The notes: generated from the letters alone by a model not told the origin. A stretch of 49,539 nt of DNA from Octopus bimaculoides (GCF_001194135.2 NC_068995.1:5508942-5558480); one strand, 5' to 3'. Positions 25,235 to 37,965 are shown, numbered from the stretch's first letter. Numbers and translations: made by a program.

Positions 25235-25294
<60 letters not shown>

Positions 25295-26071
25295 CTTCAG
25301 TGGTAAGCAGAAACATTACTCACATACAGAATTATAAACATTGCAAAAAATAGGTTTATTTCTCTGTAGGGGAGAATTATGAATAAAGTGAAGACGTGTT
25401 TTCTGAGAATTTAGTTGCGAGAGAATTGTTGTTACTGTTGTTCGTAGGTGCGAAGTTTGAGAGAGAATTGAATTATCTCATGTTACACTGCGAGGTCTAT
25501 TGCATACAGCGTGATTTTGTCCGCATGTATTATGCATTGACATATGTATTGAATTACATTACTCCTATACATACATTATATAATCTGCTACAAAATATAG
25601 ATGCGGAATTTTTGTCAACACACAATCAACTGTATGTACAGAAAGATTTGTGTACGCGCACGCGTGTATATATATATATATATATATNNNNNNNNNNNNN
25701 NNNNNNNNNNNNNNNNNNNNNNNNNNNNNNNNNNNNNNNNNNNNNNNNNNNNNNNNNNNNNNNNNNNNNNNNNNNNNNNNNNNNNNNNNNNNNNNNNNNN
25801 NNNNNNNNNNNNNNNNNNNNNNNNNNNNNNNNNNNNNNNNNNNNNNNNNNNNNNNNNNNNNNNNNNNNNNNNNNNNNNNNNNNNNNNNNNNNNNNNNNNN
25901 NNNNNNNNNNNNNNNNNNNNNNNNNNNNNNNNNNNNNNNNNNNNNNNNNNNNNNNNNNNNNNNNNNNNNNNNNNNNNNNNNNNNNNNNNNNNNNNNNNNN
26001 NNNNNNNNNNNNNNNNNNNNNNNNNNNNNNNNNNNNNNNNNNNNNNNNNNNNNNNNNNNNNNNNNNNNNNN

Positions 26072-26115
<44 letters not shown>

Positions 26116-26511
26116 GATATGCTTTAATATCGAACAGTGTTTATCATCGCATTGGTAAAGAAATATTCTTCGTTTGTGGATTCACAAGGCTACCAATGGT
26201 TTCACCACAGCAGAAATCTCTCAACAATTTTGAAGCCACACGGGAACGTTGGTACTCGTCTCCATCTTGAATTAGAGTACACGAAGCTGCATGAGACTGT
26301 ATGGGGTTTTTAGATAAACATTTATACAGATCACAAGAAGTGATTTATAGGAAAACGATTATCTCCTTTGCATTAGCCGTCGTATATTTGTAATAATGAA
26401 CTACATTCATCATGTCAATACATTAATTACTTAATCGGTTTATGTGAGAATTCTCGTGGACGTCCAAATTCATAAATACACACATATGCGCACGTGCACA
26501 TCCGTACAAAA

Positions 26512-26521
26512 TATGCGCGCG

Positions 26522-26560
<39 letters not shown>
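26512..26560. repeat. (GC)8-(AC)14 alternating purine-pyrimidine tract (Z-DNA prone)
   Basis: GCGCGCGCGCGCGCGC at 26515-26530 runs directly into (AC)n. Confidence 0.85.
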
Positions 26561-26564
<4 letters not shown>

Positions 26565-27139
26565 TATCAATCACACTTTTCAAGATCCATTAGGCTACTC
26601 ACATTTGTACGACGAATGCGAGTAAATTTACATAAGTGTTTACATGTATATATGTATATACGGTTGCTTGTGACTATCGATATAGCTACGTATCTATGTA
26701 ACTGTGTTTGTATATTGTCTGCTTTTATAACATAACGCGACCCCTTAACTTCTTTCCATTAATCTATTTGTGGGTGTTTGATGTATTGTCCCTATCTGCA
26801 TTCTTCTTTGTATCTCAACCAACATTTTAACTTGAATTAACTGCAATTAATCACCTGCTGACTTGTCCCTTTCCTTTTTTTCCTTTCTTAACGTCACCTA
26901 TTAACTTCTCAGACACACACACACACCAATCCATCCGCTGGGTCATATATCTCTCGAATTCTGTCCGATAGTTTTTGCTTTTCTCTCTTAAATCAATTCT
27001 TATAGTGTATTTGTCCTCGTGACAAATCAACTTTACCATTTTTGTGGAATCGGTTTTGAATGGCATTTGCCATCAAAAACCATCGCCACAACTTTCGTTG
27101 AATCTAGATTTCAGCCAGGTTCAAAATAGTTTTGATGTC

Positions 27140-27500
27140 GGTGCAGACGTGGCTGTGTAGAAAGAAGCTTGGTTCCCAACCACATGGTTCCGGATTCAGT
27201 CCCACTGCGGGGCACCTTGGGCAAGTGTCTTCTGCTAAAGTCTCGGCTCGACCAAAGGCTTGTGAGTGGATATCGCGGACAGGAACTGAATAAAAACCGT
27301 CGTATATACCTATGTATGTGTCTTTATGTCTGTGTCAATGTATTTACGTGCCCACAACTTAGCGGTTCGGCTAAAAAACACTTATAGAATAAGTACCAGG
27401 CTTTAACAAATAAGTAATGGTGTCGATTCATTCGACTAAGATTCCTGAAGGCAGTGCCTTGAGCATGGTCGCAGTCTAATGACTAAAACAATCAAAACAG
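27140..27500 (+). mobile_element. SINE family B (tRNA head plus CORE-like domain), full length
   Basis: A box GTGGCTGTGTAG, B box GGATTCAGTCCC, CORE-like CACCTTGGGCAAGTGTCTT, 3' region AATAAGTACCAGG..GTCGATTCATTCGACT..GCATGGTCGCAGTCTAATGACT; homologous to 46833-46997 and 34511-34668. Confidence 0.88.
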
Positions 27501-28511
27501 AAACGGGAGTGTTTTATTGAGATATAAATTATTGCAACTTGGACCGCTTACTGAGTGTACAAGAGAATAAAGAATTTCTATTCGTCAAAGAATAAGTACT
27601 ATAAAACCTTTTCAAGTAGAGATTAAAATAGATACCAAATGCATTAAAATGGTTTTAAAACAAATCAAATAGTGAGTAGTTAAATAGAACAAAACGGATC
27701 TCTATGAACTGATTAAACTTGAGCTGGCTGGTTTAGATTTGAATATATCTCAGTTTACTTTGACCTTAAACTTATGAACGAATCCGTCGTCAGGAAGCAA
27801 TGAACCCAGAAACATTGGTATTCCATGAAGTGCCAAACAAAGAAGCAAGAAGGAAACATATAATATGCTTTTGTTTGAAATTCGTATTAAGAAGAAATAA
27901 AATATTATTCCGTATGCAGTGACTGTACATCATATTGGCAACGTGGAGGTATTCGTGACAAAGTCAACAAGATAGACAAAGAACATATTGAATCAGTTGA
28001 TGAGTAGTTCAACGAATCTACAATTAACACTGAAGAATGTTTGTGAATGTTTCCATTCAACGTTTGGATTGACTCAGTTACAACAGACCATGGCAAGTCT
28101 TCTTTAGGGAAGAATGATTTCATTAAAAGCAAGTGAATGTACAACCAGACTAACTGTGTTTTGTATTTCCCAAAGATAAGATTCTCATAAACTCGAGAAG
28201 TGTTGCCGTTCAAAATTAAGCAAATTTATTACACGTTAGCTAGAGGCATCCGAAATTGGTTTTTGCTGTTATTTAATTAGAAAGACAAAAAACGTTTAAT
28301 TTGCTTTAAGATTATTTTACAAGATTATTTTAATTCACATGTAGCTAGTTTTAATTTACTATGAGAATATATAAACTGGTACTTGAAGATGTGTGGCCAG
28401 GCACCGACATCGACTTAATCACCAGTTCTCTCCCATCTCATCCACTCTCCTCCTTTCATTCCTACACTCGCGCGCGGATTCTACCCCATTTGTGTATATA
28501 CATATGATTTC

Positions 28512-28652
28512 AGAGCTGTTAATAATTCCATACTTTTATGATTCTTGAACAAGCATATTTATAAAATACGCCATGCTTGGAGGAGATACATGGCGTATTT
28601 TATAAATATGCTTATTCAAGTATCATAACAGTATGAAACTATTAGGAGCTCT
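28512..28652. repeat. 141-bp inverted repeat (about 64-bp arms, 13-nt loop)
   Basis: Inner arms 28529-28575 and 28589-28635 pair at 44/47; pairing extends imperfectly to AGAGCT/AGCTCT; loop CTTGGAGGAGATA. Confidence 0.92.
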
Positions 28653-28727
28653 TTCGGTTGTGTATTAAATTGATATTTCACCTCTCACAGGTTGGAGTAC
28701 TTTTTATGTTGATTCTACCTATATTGG

Positions 28728-28794
<67 letters not shown>

Positions 28795-29882
28795 GAGCAA
28801 AAACAATGCAGGTTATAAGAAATAATACAGGTCGATGGTTTGTACTCGTGTACTTCAATATATGTCACACAGTAAAGAACAGATCAGTCAGCTCACAGCA
28901 CTGTTCCTCCGAAGATTTCTGAAGGGTGGATCCTGATCTTGAAATATTGTAATACAAATTAAAAATAAAAAAAAAGACATCAACGTCTGTTACACCATGA
29001 AACGTTCATTGCTTTAGGCTTTATGAAATAAAATAATTAAAAACATTTATATGAATATATATATAATACACACACACACACACACGTATAGAGAGCGAGA
29101 GAGATGGGTAGGTAGTTGTAATGATAAACACATACACATACCGTCACTCGCAGTTCAGGGTTTCTTTGTATTGGCATTCATTATGTTTTCGCAACTGATT
29201 GTAACGTGCAAACACAGGCGCTCTCAACCCTTGCTCTTAATCCAACTAAATTTCCTGAATGTGGCAAGTTAAATAACTGGGCCTGCAACTGCGCTAGAGT
29301 GGTAGCTTCCCGTCACCGAAAATTTTAAACGCAAAGGAACCCATGGCACAGAGTGCCGCAATGCGTTCTATTCTAAAAACTCAGTCAAGCCCGTAAACAA
29401 ACCCATGCATTCATACACTCAAACAAACACACATATCATAAATACATACATACAAACATGCACATTTTTGCATGTATGTATTCGTATTGAAACATAAGTG
29501 ATACATGTATTTGGGTGCGTGTGTGTGTTATGTGAAATTACCATACTTTGCCATTCGTTACTGAAATTCTTTGTTCGAATCTAATGTTAGTTCCGGTGTT
29601 GTTATGGCATTTTAAAACCATTCTAACACTCATCAACACCTTTCATCCTCCTTAGCATCTTAATCATCTGCTTGATCATGATCATTAACAACCTCATCAT
29701 AATCATGGTTTATATTAATTTTATTATTATCATATAACAATAATTAGTTAGAAGAAGAAGAAGAATCAATATTTTATTCCTATTGAAAATGGCGCCATCC
29801 ACTGAGTCAATATGTAAACCAATGAATACTTTTCTCCTCACAGAAATACTTTTGAAATCAAAGGATTTACACTACATTGCAG

Positions 29883-29941
<59 letters not shown>

Positions 29942-30153
29942 TTCAAATTTTTCCACAAGGGTAGCCATTTTCGTGGAGGGGATGAGTCGATTCCATCGAC
30001 CCCAGTGTTTCACTAGTACATAATTTATCAATCCTGAAAGGATAAATGGCAAAGTCGACCTCGGTAAAATTTGAACTCAGAACGTGAAGACGGACGAAAT
30101 GCCGCTAAGCACTTTACCCGGCGTGCTAACGATTCTGCCAGTTCGCAGCCTTA
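29942..30153 (-). mobile_element. SINE family A, full length, (ATT)n tail
   Basis: Match to family consensus; (AAT)n tract at 29885-29940. Confidence 0.9.
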
Positions 30154-30364
30154 ACTACTCACTATTTGATTTGTTTTAAAACCATTTTAACGCGTTTGGT
30201 ATCTATTCTAATCTCTACTTGAAAAGGTCTTATAGTACTTATTCTTTGACGAATAGAAATGTGATATGCAGGGGATTTAAATCCACGACTTAAAGCGGTG
30301 TAACTAAATAAACTTTTGACTGGGCTGTACTATTTCTGCCATGTTATATACATGATAATGATAT

Positions 30365-30545
30365 GTAATATAAGAACAAGGCCTCACACCGTGGAGGAAG
30401 ATTATTGAGTACTCGGTACTTATTTAATCGGTTGAAAAAGGAAGAATAGATGCAAAGCTGACATCGGCGGTAATTGAACTGGAAGCGTAAAATAACGTAA
30501 TTTAATACAGCAAGATATACTGACGCCCCGGCAGCTCTTCCAATC
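30365..30545 (-). mobile_element. SINE family A, old diverged copy
   Basis: CAAGGCCT, GGTACTTATTTAATCG, GCAAAGCTGACATCGGCGGTAATTGAACT. Confidence 0.6.
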
Positions 30546-31329
30546 CAGAAATATTAAATTATTTAAATAATAATGGATTTTATAATCTAAATGATTATAC
30601 ATTTATGTAATACGGAAATCTATTTCATTGATATTTATACAATATCGACATAGAGAATTCGTTAAAGATTAAAGTGTGTTTTTAAGGTTACATATGTTGT
30701 CTAGAGGAAAATAGGAGGAATATGCATTATATATGACGTATCTTTGTCTCATAGAAATTCTACAGAAATGTATAGAAAACACTCATGGCTATTGTGTTAA
30801 GTGAAACAAGTTTCCCGTTTGTTTCTCAAGTTTCATTGATTTTATAAAAGAATATAACAAAGACGCAATTTACTCGTTCTCTCTCTCACACACGATCGTA
30901 GAATCCTTCTGTTTAACTCCCTTGGCGCTTGCTATTATTTTGCAATGAAATGTATTCAAATCCTTATCGCGAATTCCAGTTTTATTCATTAGCTCCATGA
31001 AGTGTTTTAATGAGAATACTCTTTGAAGATCCACAAAGGAAAGCCAACCTCTTGTGCTTTACGGTATTGGCAATAATATAAACGTAAGGCTCTTACAGAA
31101 AAATCATCAAATATTGTAAGGTCAGCAGTCTATATGCTGTTACATATCGTCTGTTCTGATTTTACAATAAAAAATATCCCCTACGTGACTGCATCTTTAT
31201 TATATGTACACAACGTTTTATGTTGCTTGTTTTGTTATATCTCCACACCATTTCATGCTGGCTGTTCTATCATCTTTCTAAATAACCAGCTATATCGTAA
31301 ATAGCATATCATGTTCTTTTATATAATTT

Positions 31330-31775
31330 ACACAGTTTCCTGTTGTCTGCTTCAACAAAACTTTATTCCTTATCATCTGCCATTATTAATTAATGATAAA
31401 ATGCCGACACCTCATTTCTTTCTTTTACTTAGCTTGTTATCATTACGTGTTCTATGCTACCATTAAAGTAACAATAGAATGGCAATACATGCCTACTCAT
31501 CTAATATGGTTACATACATTACTGTATCGTCTGCTATAATTAAACATTCTCACTTGTTAGTGGTTATGGCTACGTCATATCTCCTGAGTGTCTATTACGG
31601 CTAGCCATAGCTTCTTCTTGTCTGACATTGTTGCACACACTTCATTGTCGTCTGCTTGGCCATGCTATATCTCCTTATCGTCTGCTATGGTTACCCATAG
31701 TTTCTTCTCATCTGCTATTGCAATACTATGTTTCCTGTCGTCTCTTACACCATAGCTCCTTATCGTCTGCTGTAC
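31330..31775. repeat. Decayed minisatellite, unit of about 30 bp
   Basis: Recurrent CATAGCTCCTTATCGTCTGCTATGGTTAC-like units, with TCGTCTGCT/TCATCTGCT cores at roughly 25-30 bp spacing in 31520-31775. Confidence 0.75.
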
Positions 31776-32470
31776 TTTCTAAATCAGTTATTTCTCACAA
31801 AGTATCAATACGGCAGTCTGGATTTCATTGATTTGGAGAAACTCTAACGCCGTCCATTGCTGCGAGAATAATTAAGTTGGCTACAGATGGTTTACAAACA
31901 CTTTCTACTTCTTTTTTATCTATTTTCTTTTACCTTATTCATTTCTTGTATTTTCTACATTTCCACATTTCTCTCTCTCTCTCTCTCTAAATGTTAACTG
32001 TTAAGTAATAAACGTTTTCCTTCCCTTTTTCTCCATTTTTTCTTTTTATTTCTCATTTTATTCTTCAAACTTCTTTCCATTCGTTCTGATTTCGTTCAAT
32101 ATATCTTTTTCAAACAATGTACCACCGTCTATATTTAATATTTCTTTTCTTTCTCTCCCTTTTTGTGTACGGCGTTTTCTTCTGTATCCCTTCTCTAGTT
32201 TTCTTACTTCTTCCCTCTCAAGAAAGAAAGCAATTCTTTCTTTTCACGCGTTTTTTTCGATTAAACTTCAAATCCATTCCATCATGTTAGTCAGACACGT
32301 TCCTATCCCCCCCCATCTCTCTTTCTTTCTTTCTTTCTTTCTTTCTTATTCACACACATATTCCTATCCATCTTTCTCTGTCAACACTTTCCCCTTTCTA
32401 CCTTTACAATTTTACGATACATCTATAATATACAGGGTAGATACATATGTGAGTGTTTGGCTGTGTATAC

Positions 32471-32524
<54 letters not shown>

Positions 32525-33413
32525 CACACACACATATACATATGTCTATAGACACATATGACTTACCTAATGATCAATCTTTCTCAATATTCTCTAGATG
32601 GTTCTCCCCCACCCCTTCGACATCCTATTCACTCACCTCTTTCCTTCTTTCCTTTTAACATAGTGCTTATTCTTCCATTTCTCATTCAATCCCACCACCA
32701 TGCACTCTTCATTCATCAATCATTCCTTCATCATTTCTTCCTGTCATTCATCTATTCCTTCCTGAAATATTCTTTCCTCAATTTTTCTGTTTCAGTCAAA
32801 TTCACTTCGTTCAACATCTTTAAATTTGAGCATATCACCCCCCCCCCACACTTACATAGAAAAAGAAGAAAGATGTGTGTGCATATTTATATATATATAC
32901 ACGCACACACACACGCACACACACACACACACACACATATATACATATATATATATATATATATAAGTGTATACATCTATCTATAAATATTATATATATA
33001 TATACATGCACATACGTGTAAGTGTGCATATGTGCGTATATATATATATATATAAATATGCACACACATCTTTCTTCTTTTTGTAACCATTCACAGTTTC
33101 AATCACATTCTCACTTATTTAGGAAGTTAATTTTATTTTTGTCACTGTTCCATTATATTCGTATTTCTTCATCTCTCTCTCTCTTTTTTTATTTTTGAAT
33201 TTTCTTTTCCCTTATTTCTTCCTTTCCATCAACACACTCCACCCCCACGTCCGATCCACACATCCTTCTTCCATATCGTCCCCACCACTTCCTACTTCAA
33301 ATTCCCCCTGTCTGCCGATTCCTCCACTATTTGCCGACCTTTGTGGTGAAAGTAACGGATGAAAAACAGATACCTTTAAATCGATAACACAACCACGATA
33401 TAGCAACAACGGA

Positions 33414-33487
<74 letters not shown>

Positions 33488-33775
33488 NNNNNNNNNNNNN
33501 NNNNNNNNNNNNNNNNNNNNNNNNNNNNNNNNNNNNNNNNNNNNNNNNNNNNNNNNNNNNNNNNNNNNNNNNNNNNNNNNNNNNNNNNNNNNNNNNNNNN
33601 NNNNNNNNNNNNNNNNNNNNNNNNNNNNNNNNNNNNNNNNNNNNNNNNNNNNNNNNNNNNNNNNNNNNNNNNNNNNNNNNNNNNNNNNNNNNNNNNNNNN
33701 NNNNNNNNNNNNNNNNNNNNNNNNNNNNNNNNNNNNNNNNNNNNNNNNNNNNNNNNNNNNNNNNNNNNNNNNNNN

Positions 33776-33824
<49 letters not shown>

Positions 33825-34510
33825 GTGAACAAAAAAAAACTAATAAACAAAAAAAAAATCCATTCAGTCATAGAAAACAGATTGAGAAAAGAAAACAAAA
33901 CAAAGAAAAACTATGAGGGGCCACTTTAAAAATAGAACTTGAGCAAAGAAAGAGAGAATTGGAAGAGTGAAGAAAAGCAATGTTTTTTTTATCGCTGCCT
34001 CACTGAATACTTCATACCTAATTTCTTAGATTTGTGTTCTTTCATTAGATTAAGCTACTTATGTATAAGTTTGCTCACGTGGAGAGAACGGCATGTCAAG
34101 AAAAACTATATATATATATATATATATAATCTGTTGGTATATCTCGGCGTATTTACCTACAAAATATTCTATCGATCATACATACTTACATATACGCATG
34201 TTTATACATGCGAGCAAAGCCCATATCTTTGTGTGTGTAGGATATATTCATACGCGAACTTTAGGTTAGTTTAAATGTGTTTCTGACATATTCATCTTCT
34301 AAAGGCAAATTCACTGCAGTTATCGTGGAGAGAAAAATCAAAAAAATCTCTCTTACAGTAAAAGGTGTGGAGCCATCATATGGGTCCAGTATTGTCCCTG
34401 TCAGATTCAGTAAAAATTGAACATTAAAAATCGAACAGGAAAAATAACATACAACAACAACAAAAGGACGTGCATATGCCATGTATTAACTTGATTAGCT
34501 NNNNNNNNNN

Positions 34511-34668
34511 TTACATCCCCGTAACTTACCAGTTCGGCAAAAGAGACCGATAGAGTAAGAACTAAGCTTACAAAGAATAAGTCAAGGGGTCGATTTGTTC
34601 GACGAAAGGTGGTGCTCCAGCATGGCCGCATTCAAATGACGGAAGCAAGTAAAAGAGTAAAAGAATAT
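34511..34668 (+). mobile_element. SINE family B, 3' part with (TAAAAGAG/A) tail
   Basis: GTTCGGCAAAAGAGACCGATAGA..GGGGTCGATTTGTTCGAC..CAGCATGGCCGCA..AAGTAAAAGAGTAAAAGAAT; its 5' part would fall at or beyond the 10-N gap. Confidence 0.85.
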
Positions 34669-35009
34669 AAACACACACACAAACACACATGCTTGTGAAT
34701 TTGTGTGTGTAGAGGAATATAAATTTTTCTTTAATTGTAAATCTCAATGTGTGACACGTGATCGGAGGTTCACATGCATTGCACTAATCAGTGTAATGTA
34801 TGAAACCCTGTCCTTGAATAATTTACCTCGCTTTATATCTAAGACCACATACATACGCACACACACACACACACACGTGTGTGTACATGTGGGATCTTTG
34901 AACAGACCGCACTCTTCATACAAATACAAGTATTGTTAAACTTGAAATGTTATACTTGCTAAAGGGTAAACTATGCTGTATGAAACCCTTGTGTACGGGG
35001 AAAATATGG

Positions 35010-35215
35010 GTTTCAAATTTTGGCACATAGCTAACAATTTTGGGAGAGGCGCTCAGTCAATTACATTGGCATCAGTGCTCAACCGGTTCTTATTTTATTG
35101 CAGAGACTACCATGTTGGTATTTGAACTNNNNNNNNNNCTTATTTTATTGCAGAGACTACCATGTTGGTATTTGAACTCACAACGTAAACTCAGCATGTT
35201 TTCTGGCGTGGTACA
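35010..35215 (-). mobile_element. SINE family A, diverged, interrupted by a 10-N gap
   Basis: TTTCAAATTTTGGCACA, CTTATTTTATTG, ATTTGAACTCACAACGTAAA. Confidence 0.6.
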
Positions 35216-36212
35216 GGAAAAATATTGCAATCTATCTCAGTTTTTAATATTTGTCTGTCAACATATATTGTTTGCTCATCGTTACATAGATTAATTACAT
35301 TATGTTATTATGATGATTCTACGTTACAGCGAGAATAACCATATTCTCTTTCATAAAATATAACTTAAGAGAGATTTTGCGGAATATCTATCTCTCTATG
35401 CAAATATAACATCCACACATGACGTACCATATTCGTATATGTATCCGTATTGATGTGAATATTTGTATATGCGGCATTTTCAGTTACTACTAAAGATCTG
35501 TTAATGCTGTAATGAGGAGTGGGTCGAGTGAAGGATTAGCTGTAGAAGAATTCCATTAATCTGCAGCCCCCTAAAAGCGATTTGTATTCTGTTTAAATGC
35601 CGCGGATTATACTTTAGCTCTTCAGACTTAGATTAGAGACCAAGAGATTGTGGTGGTGTAGAAGTAGCGGTAATGCTGGTGGTGTAGTGTTAGGGTTGAG
35701 ATTTTGTATGAGAAATACAATTGGTGGTATAGGTAGTGGTGTTGCTTGTGATAGAAGTAGTGTTAAGTCCTCAGGTAACTTCAGAGTAGACGATGCGGTA
35801 GCTTATTTAATATGGTGGTGGTTATGCTACTGTGTGGTGATAGAGGCGGTGGTGTTCGAACGTGAAACTAGATATCTAAGCTTGTGTGTGTGATTTTTCC
35901 ATTCGAAAATATCTATCTATGAGAAGTGTGTTAATGCGCTTGCATACATGCATGGAATATATTTGTATGCATATTTCTGCTGTGTTCCTTTCACATTCTA
36001 TTTGTGTATAAATGTGGGGAATCTGTGCACGTACGCATGTTAGAACGTGTGTATAGTTGAGCAGTATGCATGTGCGTTGATGAACAAAATTCAGAAACGT
36101 TTACAGTAAATACATCTGCTTATATAGAGCAACAGTTCAGAAGCATTTGGAATTATTTTTATCAGTATCATTATTATTTGTTATTGTTGTTGTTGTTATT
36201 ATTGTTGTTAGA

Positions 36213-36385
36213 AAACGAAGAGTTGGCATAGTCGTTAGAATTTCTTCAGACTCGTTATCTTACAGATTCAAATACCATTTTTTACCCTTTAGGGATCGAT
36301 AAAGCAAAATACCAGTCAAGTTCTGCCTCTATATAATCGACTAGCCACATTTCCTCCACCAAGTTTTCAGGCCTTGTCCCTATAT
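36213..36385 (+). mobile_element. SINE family A, diverged
   Basis: GAGTTGGCATAGTCGTTAG head, GGGATCGATAAAGC, ATAATCGACTAG, TTCAGGCCTTGTCCCTA. Confidence 0.75.
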
Positions 36386-36396
36386 TATTATTATTA

Positions 36397-36418
36397 TAGA
36401 CGTCATACAGTATACAAT
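36397..36418 (-). mobile_element. 22-bp 3' tip of R4/Dong LINE subfamily 1
   Basis: TAGACGTCATACAGTATACAAT, 19/22 to the LINE terminus at 23013-23034, embedded in (ATT)n. Confidence 0.7.
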
Positions 36419-36429
36419 TATTATTATTA

Positions 36430-36460
<31 letters not shown>

Positions 36461-36470
36461 CATCATCACC

Positions 36471-36685
36471 AAGGCGGCAGGCTGGCAAAATCGTTGGCAC
36501 GGCGGGCGAAATTCTTAGCGGTAATTCGTCTGTCTTTACGTTCTGATTTCAAATTCCACAGAGGTCGACTTTGCCTTTCATCCTTTCGGGGTCGATAAAT
36601 TAAGTACCATTTGCGTACGTTCGTCGATCTAATCGACTGGCCCCCATCCCCCAAAATTTCGGGCCTTGTACCTAGAGTAGTAAAG
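36471..36685 (+). mobile_element. SINE family A, full length, young
   Basis: AAGGCGGCAGGCTGGCAAAATCGTTGGCACGGCGGG head to GGCCTTGTACCTAGAGTAGTAAAG, then (ATT)n. Confidence 0.93.
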
Positions 36686-36716
<31 letters not shown>

Positions 36717-36718
<2 letters not shown>

Positions 36719-36738
36719 GACGTCACACGGTACACAAT
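36717..36738 (-). mobile_element. 22-bp 3' tip of R4/Dong LINE subfamily 1
   Basis: TAGACGTCACACGGTACACAAT, 19/22 to 36397-36418, embedded in (ATT)n. Confidence 0.7.
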
Positions 36739-36759
36739 TATTATTATTATTATTATTAT

Positions 36760-36940
36760 GTTAGATTGGCAGAATCGTGATTGTGTCGGATAAAATGCTT
36801 TCTACTTTTGGAGTTTATATCACATGGCGGCTTTCTTTGCCTTTCATTCCTTCAGGGCCGATAGTATGAAATATCAGCGAAGTAATGATGCTGACTGTAT
36901 CGGCTTACCCCTTCCCCTTCGAAAATTACAATCCATTATT
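36760..36940 (+). mobile_element. SINE family A, old diverged copy
   Basis: TGGCAGAATCGT..TCGGATAAAATGC, CTTTGCCTTTCATTCCTTCAGGGCCGATA. Confidence 0.7.
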
Positions 36941-37908
36941 ATGGTTATCATAATGGTGGTATGAGTGAATATATAGCTGCCATTTTTTATGAGTGACTGA
37001 ATATATATATATATATGAGACCGAGAAAGAGAAATGGACACACACATATATATATGTGTGTGTGTGTGTGAGTGTGTGTATATATATACACATTTATATA
37101 AGAGACACACAGAGAGAGATGTAGGCAGAGAAAAAGAAAGTTAAGGGGAAGAACGTGGAAATCATATTTAATTTTAATGATTTAAAGAACTGGAGAGACT
37201 AAAAACGGAATCTAGCACATCAAACAACAAAAACTACAACTTTTGGAATCCGCCGTAACTACAATAAGAATAATGATAAAAACTAAAAAAAATTAATTGA
37301 AATGAACGAAATAAATTGTAAAAAAAAGTAAAATAAGTTTTAAAAACCATGATCAGAAAATCAAAGAATCAATAAGAAACGAGACAAACTATAAAAAAAG
37401 GAGTAGTAACAGTGAAGAGACAACAACAAATATAAAAGGAAGTAGGAATGAATTGCTGTCGTTGTTTACGTGTATTTTAACCAACGGTCAGTAATGGTTA
37501 GCTTTGACAGCTTAAAGTCATTGCAGTATGTCGGCCATTTCGTTATTGCAATAAAGATCTTTATTTCGGAAAAAAAAAAAATCTAATTTGTTCTTCAAAC
37601 CATTTGTTAGATAGTCTACTCTTGCTTCACCCCACCGTACTCCAAGAAAAAAAAAGAACAAAATAAAACAACAACAGAAAAGAAGCACATACAAAACACC
37701 AAATAAACACAAAAAGAAATGTAGAAACCGCACTAAAACAACAACACTAAAGAGACAGCAACATGTACAAGATGCACAGACAGATCGACACACATACTAG
37801 GTCTTCCTTTTCCATTTTTTTTTTTAATTCCAATTTCCAATTGGATTTCTTGCTTGTAAAGAATGTAAGTTAATTAAATCATACTGTCTTCGTTTGGTTT
37901 TTATACAC

Positions 37909-37965
<57 letters not shown>

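Noticed and set aside
35089-35178. Exact 40-bp direct repeat (35089-35128 and 35139-35178)
   Set aside because: Same artefact, flanking a 10-N gap.
36385-36760. Repeat-spacer-repeat look of the 22-bp motifs (CRISPR-like)
   Set aside because: Eukaryotic context, only two copies, no cas genes; explained as LINE 3' tips.
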